DNA from: Vicugna vicugna
Taxonomy: Eukaryota
Assembly (NCBI GenBank): GCA_013265495.1
Contig: MU058037.1
Span: 1,427,498 to 1,491,497 of the forward strand
Direction: 5' to 3'
Length of the DNA: 64,000 nt
The first letter of the stretch is position 1. Each line of letters opens with the position of its first letter. Positions 24,960-38,200 of the stretch are shown piece after piece. The notes under the pieces are model-generated. The model ran no database searches. It worked only from the letters and a program-made list of their open reading frames with translations, and was not told where the DNA came from. A program made the translations under genes and the position numbers.

Positions 24960-26684
24960 AACAACCAAACAACTCAATCAAAAATGGGCAGAAGACACAA
25001 ATAGACATTCTTCCAAAGAAGACATAGATATATGGCAAATAAGCCTATGAAAAGATGCTCAGCGTCACTAATTATCAGAGAGATGCAAATCAAAACCACC
25101 ATGAGGTATCACCTCACACCAGTCAGAATGACCACTATCAAAAAGTCTACAAGTAATAAATGCTGGGGAGGGTGTGGAAAAAAAAGGAACCTTCCTACCC
25201 TGTTGGTGGGAATGTAATTTGGTGCAGTCACTATGGAGGACAGTTTGGAGGTTCCTTAAAAAACTAAAAATAGACTTACCATATGATCCAGCAATCCTAC
25301 TCCTGGGCATATATCCAGAGGGAACTCTAATTTGAAAAGGCACATGCAGCACAATGTTCACAGCGGCACTATTTACAATAGCCAAGACATGGTAGCAACC
25401 TAACTGTCCATGCACAGATGACTGGATAAAGAAGCGGTGGTATATATGTACAATGGAGTACTACTCAGTCATAAAAAAGAATGAAACAGTGCCATTTGTA
25501 GCAACATGGAGCAATGAAGAATGAAGTCAGTCAGACAGAGAAAGACAAACATACTGTTTCTATGTGGAATCTAAAAAAATGATACAAATGAACTTAATTA
25601 CAGAAACAGACTCACAGACATAGAAAAGAAAATATGGTTACCTAAGGAGAAGGGCGGGGGGATAAATTAGGAGTTTGGGATTAACATATACACACTATCA
25701 TATGTAAAATAGATAACCAACAAGGTCCTTCTATATAGCACAAGGAACTATACTGAATATTTTGTAATAACCTATAATGGAAAAGAACCTAAAGAAGCAT
25801 ATGTACATATACATACATATACATATATATAACTGAATCACTTTGCTATACATCTGAAACTAACACAATACTTTAAATCAACTATACTTCAACAACAAAA
25901 CAGATACACGCACTCAATGTTCACAGCAGCACCACTTACAATAGCCAAGACTTGCAAAGAACCCAAGTGCCCATCAGCAGATGACTGGCTTAAGGAGATG
26001 TGATATATATATTATATATATACACAATTGAGTATTACTCAGGGGGCGGAGGGTGGGTAGGGATAGACGGGATTTCAAAATTGTAGAATAGATAAACAAG
26101 ATTACACTGTGTAGCACAGGGAAATATACACAAGATCTTATGGTAGCTCACAGAGAAAAAAATGTGACAATGAATATATATATGTTCATGTATAACTGAA
26201 AAATTGTGCTGTACACTGGAATTTGACACAACATTGTAAAATGACTATAACTCAATAAAAATGTTAAAAAAATAAAAAGAATGAAATGTTTACATTTGCA
26301 GCAACAAGAATGGAACTAGGGAATATTACACTTCATGAAGTAAGTCAGATAAACAAAAATGAAGACTATATGATACCAGTTATATGTGGAATCTAAAAAA
26401 TAATACAAATGAATCTATACACAAAACAGACTCACAGACATAGAAAACAAACTTATGGTTACCAAAGGGGTGAGGGAGGGAGGGCAGGATAAGTTAGGAG
26501 GACAGGATTAACAGATACACACTATTATATATAAAATAAACAACAAGGATTTACTGTATAGCACAGGGAACTATATTCAATATCTTGTAATAATCTGTAA
26601 TGGAATATAATCTGAAAAAACTCAATCACTCTGCTGTACACCAACACAATATTGTAAATCAACTATACTTCAATTTAAAAAAAA
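24960..26684 (+). mobile_element. Cluster of three L1 3' ends: 24960-25900; 25903-26684 interrupted by a camelid L1 at 26042-26275
   Basis: ORF2 C-terminal [20 protein letters not shown]; repeated 3' UTRs ending AATCAACTATACTTCAA; camelid-type 3' UTR GTAGAATAGATAAACAAGATT…GACTATAACTCAATAAAA. Confidence 0.9.
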
Positions 26685-26762
26685 GCTCTGGCTATTTGGG
26701 TTCCTGAGGGTACGTAGGGGACACTCATCATTTTAATTTACAGACTCCCAGAAGTTGTATGG

Positions 26763-27044
26763 CGCTATGGACTGAATGTTTGTGTTCCCCAAAGTTCATG
26801 TGTTGAAGCCCCTAAGCTGCAATGTGATGGTATTATTAGATAACACCCCAGAGCGTCCTTTCCTAGCCACGTGAGGATACAGCAAGGATCAGTATGCTAG
26901 GAAGAGGGCTGTCACCAGGAACCGAACTGGCTGGCACCTTGATCTTGGGACTCCCAGCCTCCAGAACTGTGAGAAATAAATGTCTGTTGTTTAAGACACC
27001 CAGTGTATGGTGTTTTGTTACAGCAGCCTAAGCTGACTAAGACA
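26763..27044 (+). mobile_element. MLT1A-like solo LTR (internally deleted)
   Basis: GCTATGGACTGAATGTTTGTG…CTGACTAAGACA; flanks TATGG/CATGG (5-bp TSD, one mismatch). Confidence 0.85.
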
Positions 27045-27415
27045 CATGGGAGCATTTCGTCAGCCACATTGTGAAGATAGAACCAATGATCGTTTCTTGC
27101 TTAGCTAAAAAAATGAGCATCCTGAACAAAGTTGATGAGAGAAAGAATGAAATGTCCTTGCCTTGTAAACTTTAGCCCCTTCCTGTCTCCCAGATGACCC
27201 TAGAGCACAGTATCACCAGTGAAGGTGGCTGTAATGAAGACCTCAATCCCAGTTGGGGACGTTTGTCTTTGGATGTCTCTTCCCATTGTCTCTATGGAAG
27301 TGCTTTTCACTGTAGAGCTTCTGTCCATTAGCTCTGCAGGGTTCAGACTTCACTAGATGTCTGGTACAAAGGGTGCCTTCTCCACTCTCAGCAATGAGGG
27401 GAAAATGCCCTAAGG

Positions 27416-27595
27416 CAGTGCTTCTCCATCGACACTTCACTTTGGAGTCACCCAGAGCACTTTCCAAAAGTGTCCATGTCCAGGCTCCACACCCAGAGGT
27501 TCAGGTTCAATCGATTAGAACAAGATCCCTGTATCAATAGTTTAAAAAAAAAACCCCAGCTGCTTTGCACGTGCAGCCAGGGTTGAGAAGCACTG
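27416..27595. mobile_element. MER5A1-like MITE
   Basis: TIRs CAGTGCTTCTC / GAGAAGCACTG; 8-bp flanks CCCTAAGG / CTCTAAGA. Confidence 0.85.
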
Positions 27596-28164
27596 CTCTA
27601 AGACAACAGGCTGCACATTATCCCTGGGTGGCTCTAACAGATGAGTGAATTCCAGCTGTCAGGAACTCTGACGTTTCCCATGTCAGGAGAACAATAGAAA
27701 AGGAATAGTTGTCAAAGCCTGACATGTAGGCAGGGAGCACGAAATGTCTCAACACTTCTGTTAGTCTGCCTGCAACTCCTCTCTGCTTCTCCAGAAGGGA
27801 GGCATTAGCCGGAGATAGGAACTCTGATGACGGACTAAGGAAGGCCTAGACATAAGCGAGGTAATGAGACAGGAGCACACTTCATGCAGATGGCACCCCC
27901 GTGCCATCAGCTGGGAATTGGACAACCCAATTAATGAAGCCAGGCTGACACAATGGAGGATGCACCGACCACTGCCTCTGACACCATCTGAGTGTCAGAG
28001 TCTGAGTTTGCTTGACCTTGTAAGGACTTAACCAGGGTCACAAATGAAAGAAGCAATTCTCTTGTCACTCCACCTACTAAAAAAGAATCACTGCCTTCAG
28101 GAGTTAAACAGAAAAACGGTGTTGAAGAAGGACAACAATAATAGCTAATATTCTTTAAGCACTA

Positions 28165-28745
28165 ACTGCCATAACAATTTACTCCAAACTCAGAGGCTTA
28201 AAACAACAAAAAGTATTATCTTACAGTTTTGTAGATCAGGAGTCTGGCAAAGGTATCACCAGCTTAAAATCAAGGTGTTGGCAGGGCTGGGTTCCTTTCC
28301 AGAAGCTCTCAGGAAGAAGCTGCTTGGAGCTCACTGAAGCTGGACATGGAATTCAATTCGTGAGGGTTGTAGGACCAAGGGCCCTGTTTCTTCCCTGGCT
28401 GCGGTTGAGGGCGGTTGCCAGCTCCTAGAGGCTGCCCACAACCCTAAACTCATGGCCCCCTTCCTCCATCTCCAAGGCCACGAACGGTGGGCCAAGTCCC
28501 TCTACGCTCTCTCTGTTGCTGCTTCCATCATCGTCTCTGACTCCACTCTTGCTGCCCCCTTCCATGTGTGAGGGCCCGTGTGATTACATCAGGCCCAGCT
28601 GGGAATCCAGGAGGCTCATCCTATCTAACGGCCACAACCTTAATTCCTTCTGCAATGTTCTTTTGGCCACTTAAAGTAATGGGATTGGACAGGCTGCAGG
28701 GATTAGAACACCGACAGTTGGGGGCCACTGTTCTGCCTACCACAC
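28165..28745 (-). mobile_element. MLT1D/E-like LTR
   Basis: GCCATAACAA…GGCTTAAAACAAC…AAATCAAGGTGTTGGCAGGGCTG…TTCTGCCTACCACA. Confidence 0.85.
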
Positions 28746-28769
28746 AACTCACTAGGTTTTTCTCCAACC

Positions 28770-29740
28770 CCTGTGGTAGGGGGTCATTTTCATTCATTTA
28801 GCCCAGTTGTTCTTCCACTAATTTATTTTCACATTGGCTTTTCTTGGGGCTCAGTTCTGGCCCCTTTTCTTCTCTCTCTAAACTTTTTTCTGCAGGTGAT
28901 TTCTTCCAGTCCCCTGGCTTTAAACAGTATCTATACACAGCATCTCAAATTAGTATCCTCTCTCTTCTGTGCCCCAGAATTTTTTCTCCAATGGAACCTG
29001 ATAGTTCCATTTAGGTGTTTCACATGAATCTTCAAAATGACCAAGCTTTTGGTCTCCTTTCCCTACCGCCAACCAATTCACACACCTGCTTCCTATCTCT
29101 CTAATGACATCACCATCCCCCATTTGATTATGTCAAACACTTGGGATTCCTCCTATTTGCTTCCCTCGCCCTCAGCCCCTGACTCAATCATCCCCAAGCC
29201 CTGTGGTATCTCAAATCCTTCCCGCCACTTTCCCGTTACTCCACCACCACAATGACTACTGAGCCAGGCAACCCTGAGTTCTCCACTAAATCCACTGCTC
29301 CCTCAGCAGCAAAACAGATCTTTTCCAAACTTTAATTGGAAGTAACAATGCCAGAGTGCTAAGAGGTTATTTCTGGGTGGTGGAAATGTGGGTGGATGTT
29401 ATTTTCTTCTTGGTACTTCTTTGCACTTTAAACATTTCCATAGAAAACTCAAAACAAAATGTTCCATAAAAACGAAAACAAAAATAAGATGTTACCTTCT
29501 CAGAAGGGCCCCCCTCCTCTCCCAACCCCACATTATTATCCCTCATAGTATCCTGTTGTTTTCCTCTTGATCTTTATCACACTTTGCAGTGGTATACATT
29601 TCATTTGTTTGCTGGTTTATTGTCTCTCTCTCTCTCTCACTAGCTGCAAGGCCATGAGGGCAGCACCATATTGATTGTGTTGATTACTCTATATCCAGCA
29701 CCCAGGCCCATGCCTGCCACACAGTAAAGGTTCAATTCAC
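28770..29740 (+). mobile_element. L2 fragments with an L1ME piece at about 29330-29470
   Basis: GGGCTCAGTTCTGGCCCCTTTTCTTCTCTCTCTA…CCAGCACCCAGGCCCATGCCTGCCACACAGTAAAGGTTCAAT. Confidence 0.7.
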
Positions 29741-29742
29741 CC

Positions 29743-31145
29743 AGATATCCCTCATTATCGGAACTCTCATTATCCATCTACCCACTAAAATGACTTGCAA
29801 AAAATGTTTATTCCAGGTTTATTGTCTGAATCGAAACCTGCTATTGCAAACCAGCAAACAGATGCCAGAAAGCCTGTTTAAGCTGCAAGCAAATCCAGGT
29901 GAGAGGATGTAGACAGTGTTGCAGTCCCATCTCAGCAGCTGCCTGATAACGGATACATGTTGAAATGTATGCCATTGCCATCCAGAAGATCAATGTTCCC
30001 AGTTGTTAAGTGAAAATGTCTTCTCAGATAGTAGTACTCTTTTGCTTCATAGTCATCATTTGGAGGAAAAAGAAGAGGATCCACGTGCTGAATTGTCAAA
30101 AGAAACGGTGGCTTACATGCGCAAAAGCATTGCTGCAGCCAAGTGAATGTGATCACGATATCAAAGGAAGCACCACACTCCAGAAATGCAGTGACAAGCC
30201 TTGTCTTATGCTATCTGGAGCTGTATAACCTTAAGCAAAGAGAATCTGAACAGATGTCCATTTTGAGAGCTTTCGTTTCATCTACACGTTTCATCTATAG
30301 CTCCGGACGATGGTTCAGAACTATAACCACTTCCAGGGTCTTGCATGCTAATCAGAGGCAGATGTCCCCCAGTTCTTTGTATCTGCGTTTGTAGGATGGC
30401 AGGCATCTACCGTTCCATTCTTTCACTCAATCTTAAACCCCAAATGTGACTAAAGCTTCTATCAACTTCCTCTGCTCAGGCAACTCTTCCTTGAGTCAAT
30501 AACCATGATTTGAAAATTGTCACATTATTTCATTTTATTTTTCTAAGCATAATTTTTTTTGAGTAAAGGTAGATTTATTTAGAAAGCATGATTTTAAGGA
30601 TCTTCAACGTATTATTTGTACTATAGTTATTTTTTACCTCAGTAGTACTCATTGAGTGTGGAAGAAAGATGAACTGCATCTACTTCATAGCATTCCTCCT
30701 CTCAATGTCGTCCTGGACCAGCTGTGTCAGGGTCACCAGGGAGCTTGTCAGATATGCTAATTATTGGGTCCCAACTCAGACGTACTAAACCTGAAACTCT
30801 GGGTCTCAGGATTATGTGCTTCAAAAAATTCCCCAGATAATTCTGCTGTGTGCCAAAGTTTGAAAAGCCCTGCTCCACTATATAATGGAGTATTGTACAC
30901 AAAAAATCAGGTAGTTGATGTTTTAAATGTTTTTACATTATGTAAAAATCCTTGGTGGATGTTTCTAGAGGGCTTTAAGAGTGTTTTAGTGATATTTGAG
31001 ATAATTGGTTGTGCATTTTGAATGGGTGGGGAATACATTATTTTTTGCCATCAAAAATAATAGAATATAAGCTTCCTTTATCTGAATATTTACTATCCCA
31101 CATGTTTTCAGGACTGGATTAGCTTCAGATAGCAAGGGAGGTCTG
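29743..31145 (+). mobile_element. Tigger (pogo-like) DNA transposon relic with MER5A inserted at about 30690-30872
   Basis: Imperfect TIRs CAGATATCCCTCATTATCGGAA / TTCAGATAGCAAGGGAGGTCTG; LLQPSECDHDIK resembles the pogo LIQP.DQG.I motif. Confidence 0.6.
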
Positions 31146-31494
31146 CATTCATAAAAGGAATGTTGAGAGTTGAGAGATATAAGCCAAGAATTCCTTCACA
31201 GCATTCAGAGCCTGCCTGGTTGAAAGGCCCCTTTCTTGCCTCATTTGTTACTGCCTAATGCCAGAACATGCACATGGGCCAAAGAGGGAAAATTATGGGG
31301 CAGTGGTTATGAAATGCTCAGGGAAGTAAGTGACAATTTTTTAGGGTTTTAAGAAAAAAGAGTTCAAGGAAACACTGAGGGAAAACTCAAGGCTATACAA
31401 AACGTCAGCTCACATTCTCACTCCAAAGAGTAACGATGGAGAGAGAATGGCAGTTTGCAACCAGAACTCATGTGAACCAGATTCTTCAAATAAC

Positions 31495-31761
31495 CTGTTT
31501 CTGCAGGTCACTATCAACCACACCAGTCAAGGACAGTTCTAAGAGAAAACTCTCTTCCTAGTGGAGTACCACTTGGCAACTTTCCAAGGGTGGATGCCAT
31601 TCACCAAGTCTATACTGAAGCCTTGCCATTTCTCCCAACAGTCACGAAGCAGTCTACTGACTATGTAAAGTTCAAAAGGAGTCAAACAGCATAGAATGGT
31701 CCAAGAAGAGAATTTCTTGTGGAGACAGGTCATCCAAAAAATCAGCTTTACCCTTCTGTTT
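31495..31761 (-). pseudogene. 267-nt symmetric phase-0 pseudo-exon (KQKGKADFLDDLSPQEILFLDHSMLFDSF*…LLGEMARLQYRLGEWHPPLESCQVVLH*EESFLLELSLTGVVDSDLQKQ)
   Basis: AG…GT bounded, 89 codons, no frameshift, four stops (TGA/TAG, each one C>T change from CGA/CAG). Confidence 0.5.
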
Positions 31762-33009
31762 CTAATACACATAGTTCAACACATACACGTTTCCCTTAAC
31801 TCTGGGAAGATCTCTGTAAGAATAACTTACAAATGCCTATCTAGTTTAGGTAAATCACATCCGATGTGGAATACTCACAAAAGGACCCAGGATATGTAAC
31901 AACGAACACAGGTATACAGAGATTCTCCACAAGAATAATGCTTTTAAATAGGCATTTCTAAACCATGGTCAGGGCATTTATTTCATGACCTAAATATGGC
32001 CCTAAATAATTTCAGAATTCACTCAGCATATATTGAGTTACTGGAGGGAAGAAATAGTAACTTTAAAGTGGAGATTATACTGTTGAGCAAACTGCATCAA
32101 TAGCTGTAAGGAACGAAGTGCAATACTCTGTCTCTACCTGAAAAGTCAGTCTGTTCTAAGAATTCTAGATGTGGGTCGAGGTTAGTCCTGCTATAACAAT
32201 TGAGACCACAGGTCTTGATATTGACAGCTCACTCTATTTTCCCTGGATATATACAATGGAGGCAGTTGATTGTACAAAATTAATATGAAACTATATATTC
32301 CATAAAGCAACTTGTCATTTCTTGGTATCATATGGAATCATCAGTTTGTTCTATTTAAATAAACCTAACTATTCATAGGCACAGAATTTTTCTATCTGCA
32401 CACTTACCCCTCAAATTATTTCCCTTACTTGGACTATCTTCCATTTTCTTTCTGAAAATAGGTGTATCATCTCTTTCAAATCCTTTTAAAACTTTTTCTT
32501 AAAACCTTCCCACACTAAAGTTAGCTGTCCTGGTTCTTGTCAAAATATAATGATTGAGCACATGGAGAAGTTAGTCTCTACAGCAGGAGGAAGGGACTGT
32601 GTATAAAGAGACTATTTACCATCCTCTACTCCAAGCCTGATCTGGGGGTAGAGGAATCAGATGAGCTTTAAATTGACCCTGAGACAGGAATTTGAGGGTG
32701 AAGAAGACTGACTACTTAAGGTGAATTGAAACTGTCCTGATAAAAGTGACTAGTCAAGATGTTTTTAAGGACCTGCTACCTAGTAGAGAAGGGGGATGTA
32801 GTAATTCAACAAGACCCAAACAAATTTAGACTCCTCAACACACAGGTTCTATCTGTTTAGAGGACAAAGGAAGGCTTCTCGTGGGAAGTGGGACTTTGTA
32901 ATAAACGGGAGTGCAGCTTATTGATAATTCTAGGTTTTGTCACTCTTGGCACCTGGAAAGATTTTATGTTTCCATCCACTGGATGTTAGGCAGGGTCTTG
33001 GTCTTGCGA

Positions 33010-33295
33010 CTCTGCTGCCAATGGGCTGTGAATGTAAGTGACGTGTCACTTCTAGGCCAGAGCAGTCACTGGTTGGTGTGGGACGCAGCTCTCCTTTTCC
33101 CCTGCCTCAGGGACTGTGGAGGCCCAAGCTGATATGGAGGGGCAGTGCTGCGTCAGCCCGAGGAGGAAAGCTGCCCTGGAGAGGAGGCTAGGCCTGCAAA
33201 GGACTGTGGGAAAGAGAAACAGCTTCCAATTGTTCTAAGCTACTAAGATTGGGAGGGTGTCATTGCAGCATGACTTAACCTATCCTGGCTGATGC
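33010..33295 (+). mobile_element. MLT1-type LTR fragment
   Basis: AAGTGACGTGTCACTTCTAGG…CTAAGCTACTAAGATT…TTGCAGCATGACTTAACCTATCCTGGCTGATGCA. Confidence 0.7.
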
Positions 33296-34384
33296 ACAAG
33301 GGAACTGAGACCCACAAGTCAGCTGTTGGAAGGAGGACGTGGGAAAAGTGTTGCAAGTGGGAGCAATATGTGTGAAGTCTAGGAGGCAAGAAAGAGAATG
33401 GAATGTTCTGTGACTTGAGGGAAGTACAGAAAGCCAACCGATGGCGGGGATGGGTGGCTCTGCATCACTGATGAGACACCAGGAACCAGATCATGAAGGA
33501 CCTTGTAAAACACATTTAAGAGTTTGGGCAATTTTTAGATCACAATTTCTGTAAGGATCAGGCTACAATTTACCCTCCCCAATGAACCCACTGCAGACTT
33601 AAATGCAGGACAAGCAGGCAGCAAATGCTGGTGATGGCTTTGCTCCCAAATTGAATCCTAACATTCAGGTTTTTCATAGGTGAAATTTTACTCCCTTTAC
33701 TGATTTTTTTAGGGTTCAAGGAAGGGTATCAGAGATATTTGCACATTGGACAGTAATTTGAAAAATAGAGTGGCTGGCTCAGTAATAGAGATTTCATGAA
33801 CATTTATCAAATGCACAAAAGCATGAATAAATAGAAGGCTGTTTTCAGAAAGTCACTAAGCCAAATGCATCTCTTGGTTTCACAAACACAAGTGGAGAAA
33901 TCGCCATTATTTGATTTTGATTTATGCCTCTAACACTGCTTATGAAAGCATGGCCCACACGCTATATCCATGCTCTAATAATTCATGCAGTTTGTAAGAG
34001 ATTAATAAACTATATCATATCAATGTCACCATAATTTTGCATAATTCTATTGAATTTCTTTTCCTCACTAGAATTGATACTCATAATTTCATCAGATTCC
34101 ATACACTGTTGATTTTCACAGCCTGCTATGTGAAATTACCTCATCCTCTAAACAAATATTAATGAGCAATCTTTATCCTTTGAACCTGGAAGTATTGCTC
34201 AAACCCACAAAAGCTAAAAATAGAGAACTGGCCTTTTAAGTACCATGAGCACCAGATGCAGGAAGGGAAAAGACATTAGGCCCACGGCTGAGAAACTTTA
34301 TATACATTTAAAAATAAAAACTGGAAAGGAGAAAATGTCAAAAGAGTGATTATTACACCCAGTTCCACTAGGCAAGTTATTTAC

Positions 34385-34532
34385 GGTGCTCCTTCTAAAA
34401 CTCCCTACCCTGGAATCAATTTCTAAATCAATTGGAAACCAATCTCATCCAGAGCGAAACCCATATATTCTCGTTTGGAACCAGCTGGTATCTTTCCATT
34501 GTTCTCCAGTCATCCTCCTGTGGATTCTGTTT
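34385..34532 (-). pseudogene. Pseudo-exon (KTESTGG*LENNGKIPAGSKREYMGFALDEIGFQLI*KLI…)
   Basis: Strong acceptor CTTCTTCCCTTTTCCACATCCAG; phase 1, compatible with the 60-nt exon. Confidence 0.45.
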
Positions 34533-35037
34533 CTGGATGTGGAAAAGGGAAGAAGGGAATTGTCCCTTCTCATTTAACTTTCTGCCCAGAACAGGTTTTA
34601 GGAGACACATCATCCCCATGGTTCAAACCAGTTACCCATACCAATTCTTTGTGATTTTTATTTTTTCTTTTAAAAAAAACTTATGGTAACATTTAAAACA
34701 GGTACCAGAGAGGAATAACAACCCCCCACATACTCAACCACTTAGTTTTACCCTTCCCAGCTGATGGCTGATCTTGTTTCATCTATCTACCCATTCAGAT
34801 CTCCCCTCCTATAAAAAATTGAAGTAAATTCCACTTCACTGATAAATATTTCAGAATGCAGAGGGCTCTTATCTTTGGATAAGAAATTCCCCAGTCTTCC
34901 TCCCAATTCTCTCAGACGGTGACAACAGAAAGTTACCTGGTGGTGCTATTTAGGGAGTCTCCTCTTTGCAGGCTGCTCTGGAGGCACATATCTTGTCACG
35001 CTACTCATGTATCCCATTTCAGGAACTCTACTCTTAC

Positions 35038-35097
35038 TTGCAGGCAGGAAAAATGATGACCCACATGCATCATTCAACCAGCTTCCCTTCTTCTGGT
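35038..35097 (-). pseudogene. 60-nt symmetric phase-1 exon (DQKKGSWLNDACGSSFFLPA)
   Basis: Strong acceptor CTTCTCCCACAG and donor CAA|GTAAGA; open frame. Confidence 0.5.
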
Positions 35098-35129
35098 CTG
35101 TGGGAGAAGCATGAGGGACTCAAATGCTT

Positions 35130-35840
35130 TTCATGAACTGTAAGTTTTTGCTTATTTTTTCCCCTAGGTATATTTCTGTTATTGATTTCTGGTTTAATCT
35201 GTCATCAGAGAGCTTACTCTGTATGACTTTCATCCTTGATTTATTAAGACTTGTTTATGCCCTGGAATATAGGTCTATTTTGGTTGATGGTCCATGAAAT
35301 TTTCACAGGTGTTGTGCAAATGTCAATTGGATCACTTTGGTTACTGGTGTATTTAAAAATTTTATATCTTTGCTAATTTTTTCCTATTTGTTCTAGCAAT
35401 TAATGAGAGAGAAGTTTAAATGTATGCAACTAAAATTGTTGATCTATCTCTACTTTTAATTCTGTCAAGTTTTCCTTTATATATTTTGAAGCTATGTTAT
35501 TAGAGGTTCATTCAGATTTAGAATCATTATGCCTCCCTGTTTAGTTCATTCTTTTATCACTATGAGTCATCCTCTTTACCTTAAGTAATACTTCTTTCCT
35601 TTAAGTCTACTTTGGCATTAATGTAGCCAGAGAATTTTCTTTTCTGTGTATCTTTCCCATCCTTCTATTTTTAATTTTTCTGTTCCCTGATATTTAAGGT
35701 TTGTCTTATATAAACAGCTTATAATTGGGTGTTGGATTTTTCACCTGGGCTGCCTTTGTCTTTTCATTGGAATGTTTAGTCCATTTACATTTAATGTAAT
35801 TATAATACAGTTGGGTTTAAGTCTACCAAGTTGACTCTAT
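35130..35840 (-). mobile_element. Ancient L1M fragment
   Basis: T-rich antisense L1 (TGGAATGTTTAGTCCATTTACATTTAATGTAATTA). Confidence 0.75.
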
Positions 35841-36159
35841 ACCCAGTCTCCCTCACTGCCCCAGAACTCAGCAAAAGGCCTGTTGGAGAATACTGGCTAT
35901 ACGTTTGGGGCCCTACTTGATTCCCATCAGTCATGTCAGCCCATACAACTGTTAGAAGCTTCCCTCATTTCCTTTTACCCCAACAATGTCTCTCTGCATA
36001 CAGCAAGCTTGATCCTCAGTCCTTACCCACCCTTGGCAAATGCCCCGTGGGAGGAAAGCACTTGCTGATCTCTGGTCACTTAGGAATAGTTCTTCTGTCT
36101 TTGGAATTTTATTAAATGGAAAAGAAAGGGAACAGAGAATAAATGAAATGTGGGGCAAT

Positions 36160-37275
36160 AGAAAATAGTCTAAATTTCCATATATCCTATACCTATATTC
36201 ACTAATTGTTTAACATCTTGTCACATTTGCTTAATCTTTACCCCAACCACCTCCAACACAGAGATGTTTTATTTTGTTTTCTTTTTTGGAGACACTGAAG
36301 TAAGTTGCAGATATCATGGCACCATTACCTCTAAATGCTTCAGCATGCATCTCCTAAAAATAGACATTCTCCTATATACCCACAAGACCACTGCCACACC
36401 CAAGAAATTTAATGTTGGTAGAATAATTTTATCTAATATACATTTCATATTCAAACTTCTCCAACTGTCTCTGAAGTATTTGTATCTTTTGTAAAAAAAG
36501 CTATGATCAAGTCTAGGATTGCAATTGCTTATGGCTATCATGGCTTTTTAGTCTCCTTTAATCTAGAACAATCTCTCCCTCTTTAATCATCTCTCATGAC
36601 TACTGAAATTTTGGATTTGTTGAAATATTTCCTCACTATTAGATATCGGTCAAACATTTTTGACAAGAGTTCTACATAATTCTACTGTGTCTTTCTACTG
36701 CATCATATCAGGAGGTACATGGTATCAGTTTGTCCCATTACTGGAGGTGCTAAGTTTAATCATTTGTTTAAGGTGGGGTCTACCAAATCTCTTTAGCATA
36801 AAGGTACCTTTTCCCCTTTGAAATTAGTAAGTAATCTGTGAGGTAGTACTTTGAGATTTTATGAATATCTTGTTACCCAGTAACTTTTTACTCATTAGTA
36901 TTCATTGATAATTTTTGCCAGAATCAATTATTACATTGTTGGTTGCAAAATGGTGATTTTCGAATTCCACCATTCCCTCTATATGTCTAAACTGACATTC
37001 TTTTGTAAAGAAGAACTTTTCCTCTTCCCATCTTTCTACATAGTATTACTGTGGACTTACTGATTTCCTTTTGTTATAATCCATTACTGTGATTAATCAT
37101 TGCAACCCTCAAATTATCCCAAATTTGGCCAGTGGGAGTCCCTTCCAGCCAACCCCATTGTTCTTTAGGTGTATCCCTATTGTTTGAACATTTCCTTGCT
37201 TTCTGCATCAGAGGATGCTCCAGGATCACCTTGTACCTTCCCTGCCTCATGCCTGGAACCAGCTATTTCTCTAAG
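36160..37275 (-). mobile_element. L1MC/L1ME 3' end
   Basis: TGAAGTAAGTTGCAGATATCATG…CCAAATTTGGCCAGTGGGAG…CCTGGAACCAGCTATTTCTCTAAGGAG. Confidence 0.8.
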
Positions 37276-37553
37276 GAGGGCAATGGTCTTAATGGTGGCG
37301 TCCAGCCGTCAGTAGTGCACAAGGTGTCCAAGCCTAGGGAAGCACTGACGATACCTATGTGGTTTCAGCTCTGGAGTGTGATTTGGTGCATCTTTCCTGG
37401 CTCCATAACCTCCCAAACCTTATATTCTGGCCCTACTGGGTATTTTATGAGCCACCAGACACCAGCTAATCATACTTTGTGCATTTAAGTGAGCCAGAGT
37501 GTCTGTTGCTTGCAGCCAAGAACCTTGATTGATACAAGCACCAAATGATTCAC

Positions 37554-37760
37554 ATAATAAGCCTGAACTCTCTGTTCTCTGGGTGGCAGTAGATGATCCA
37601 GAGCTTGTGTAAGTGTGATGCGATAATGGCTCATAAGAGCAGACTTGATAAAAATGAATTTAATAGCACTTTTCAGTTCCATGGTACTTTAAGCATCATC
37701 TTTAATATCCTTGACATGTTTGAGAGATGTATTATTTTCCTCATTTGAAAGATGAGAATT
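37554..37760 (-). pseudogene. Possible pseudo-exon (…KHVKDIKDDA*STMELKSAIKFIFIKSALMSHYRITLTQALDHLL…)
   Basis: About 65 codons with one stop; donor TAT|GTGAAT; acceptor not clear. Confidence 0.35.
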
Positions 37761-37911
37761 TGAAGTAAACGTTATAAGAACATGTATTAGAACTGAACTG
37801 TTCGAAGATAAAAGATGTACTGAAAACTCAAGTTAAAAAAAAGTAGAAAAATATACCCAACTAAATTTTTTTGGAAGTCACTTCAAGAAGCCAAATCAAC
37901 AAGAGCATCCA

Positions 37912-38167
37912 GTGGGGTGGGAAGGGACAGACTGGGAGTTCAAAATTTATAGATACTGACAGGCATATGTAGAATAGATAAACAAGATTATACTGCATAG
38001 CACAGGGAGATATATACAAGATCTTGTGGTAGCTCACAGCTAAAAAGAATGAGACAAATATAAGTATGTTCATGTATAACTGAAAAATTGTGCTCTAACT
38101 GGAAACTGACACAACATTGTAAAGTGACTATAACTCAGTAAAAAAAATTTAGTCCCAAAAAAACAAG

Positions 38168-38198
<31 letters not shown>

Positions 38199-38200
38199 GC
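37912..38200 (+). mobile_element. Young 5'-truncated camelid L1
   Basis: Camelid L1 3' UTR, A/CAAAA tail, perfect 12-bp TSD CAAGAGCATCCA (37900-37911, 38201-38212). Confidence 0.9.

Noticed and set aside
25032..25415. ORFs of 61 aa (+) and 115 aa (-)
   Set aside because: L1 ORF2 C-terminus and its antisense frame
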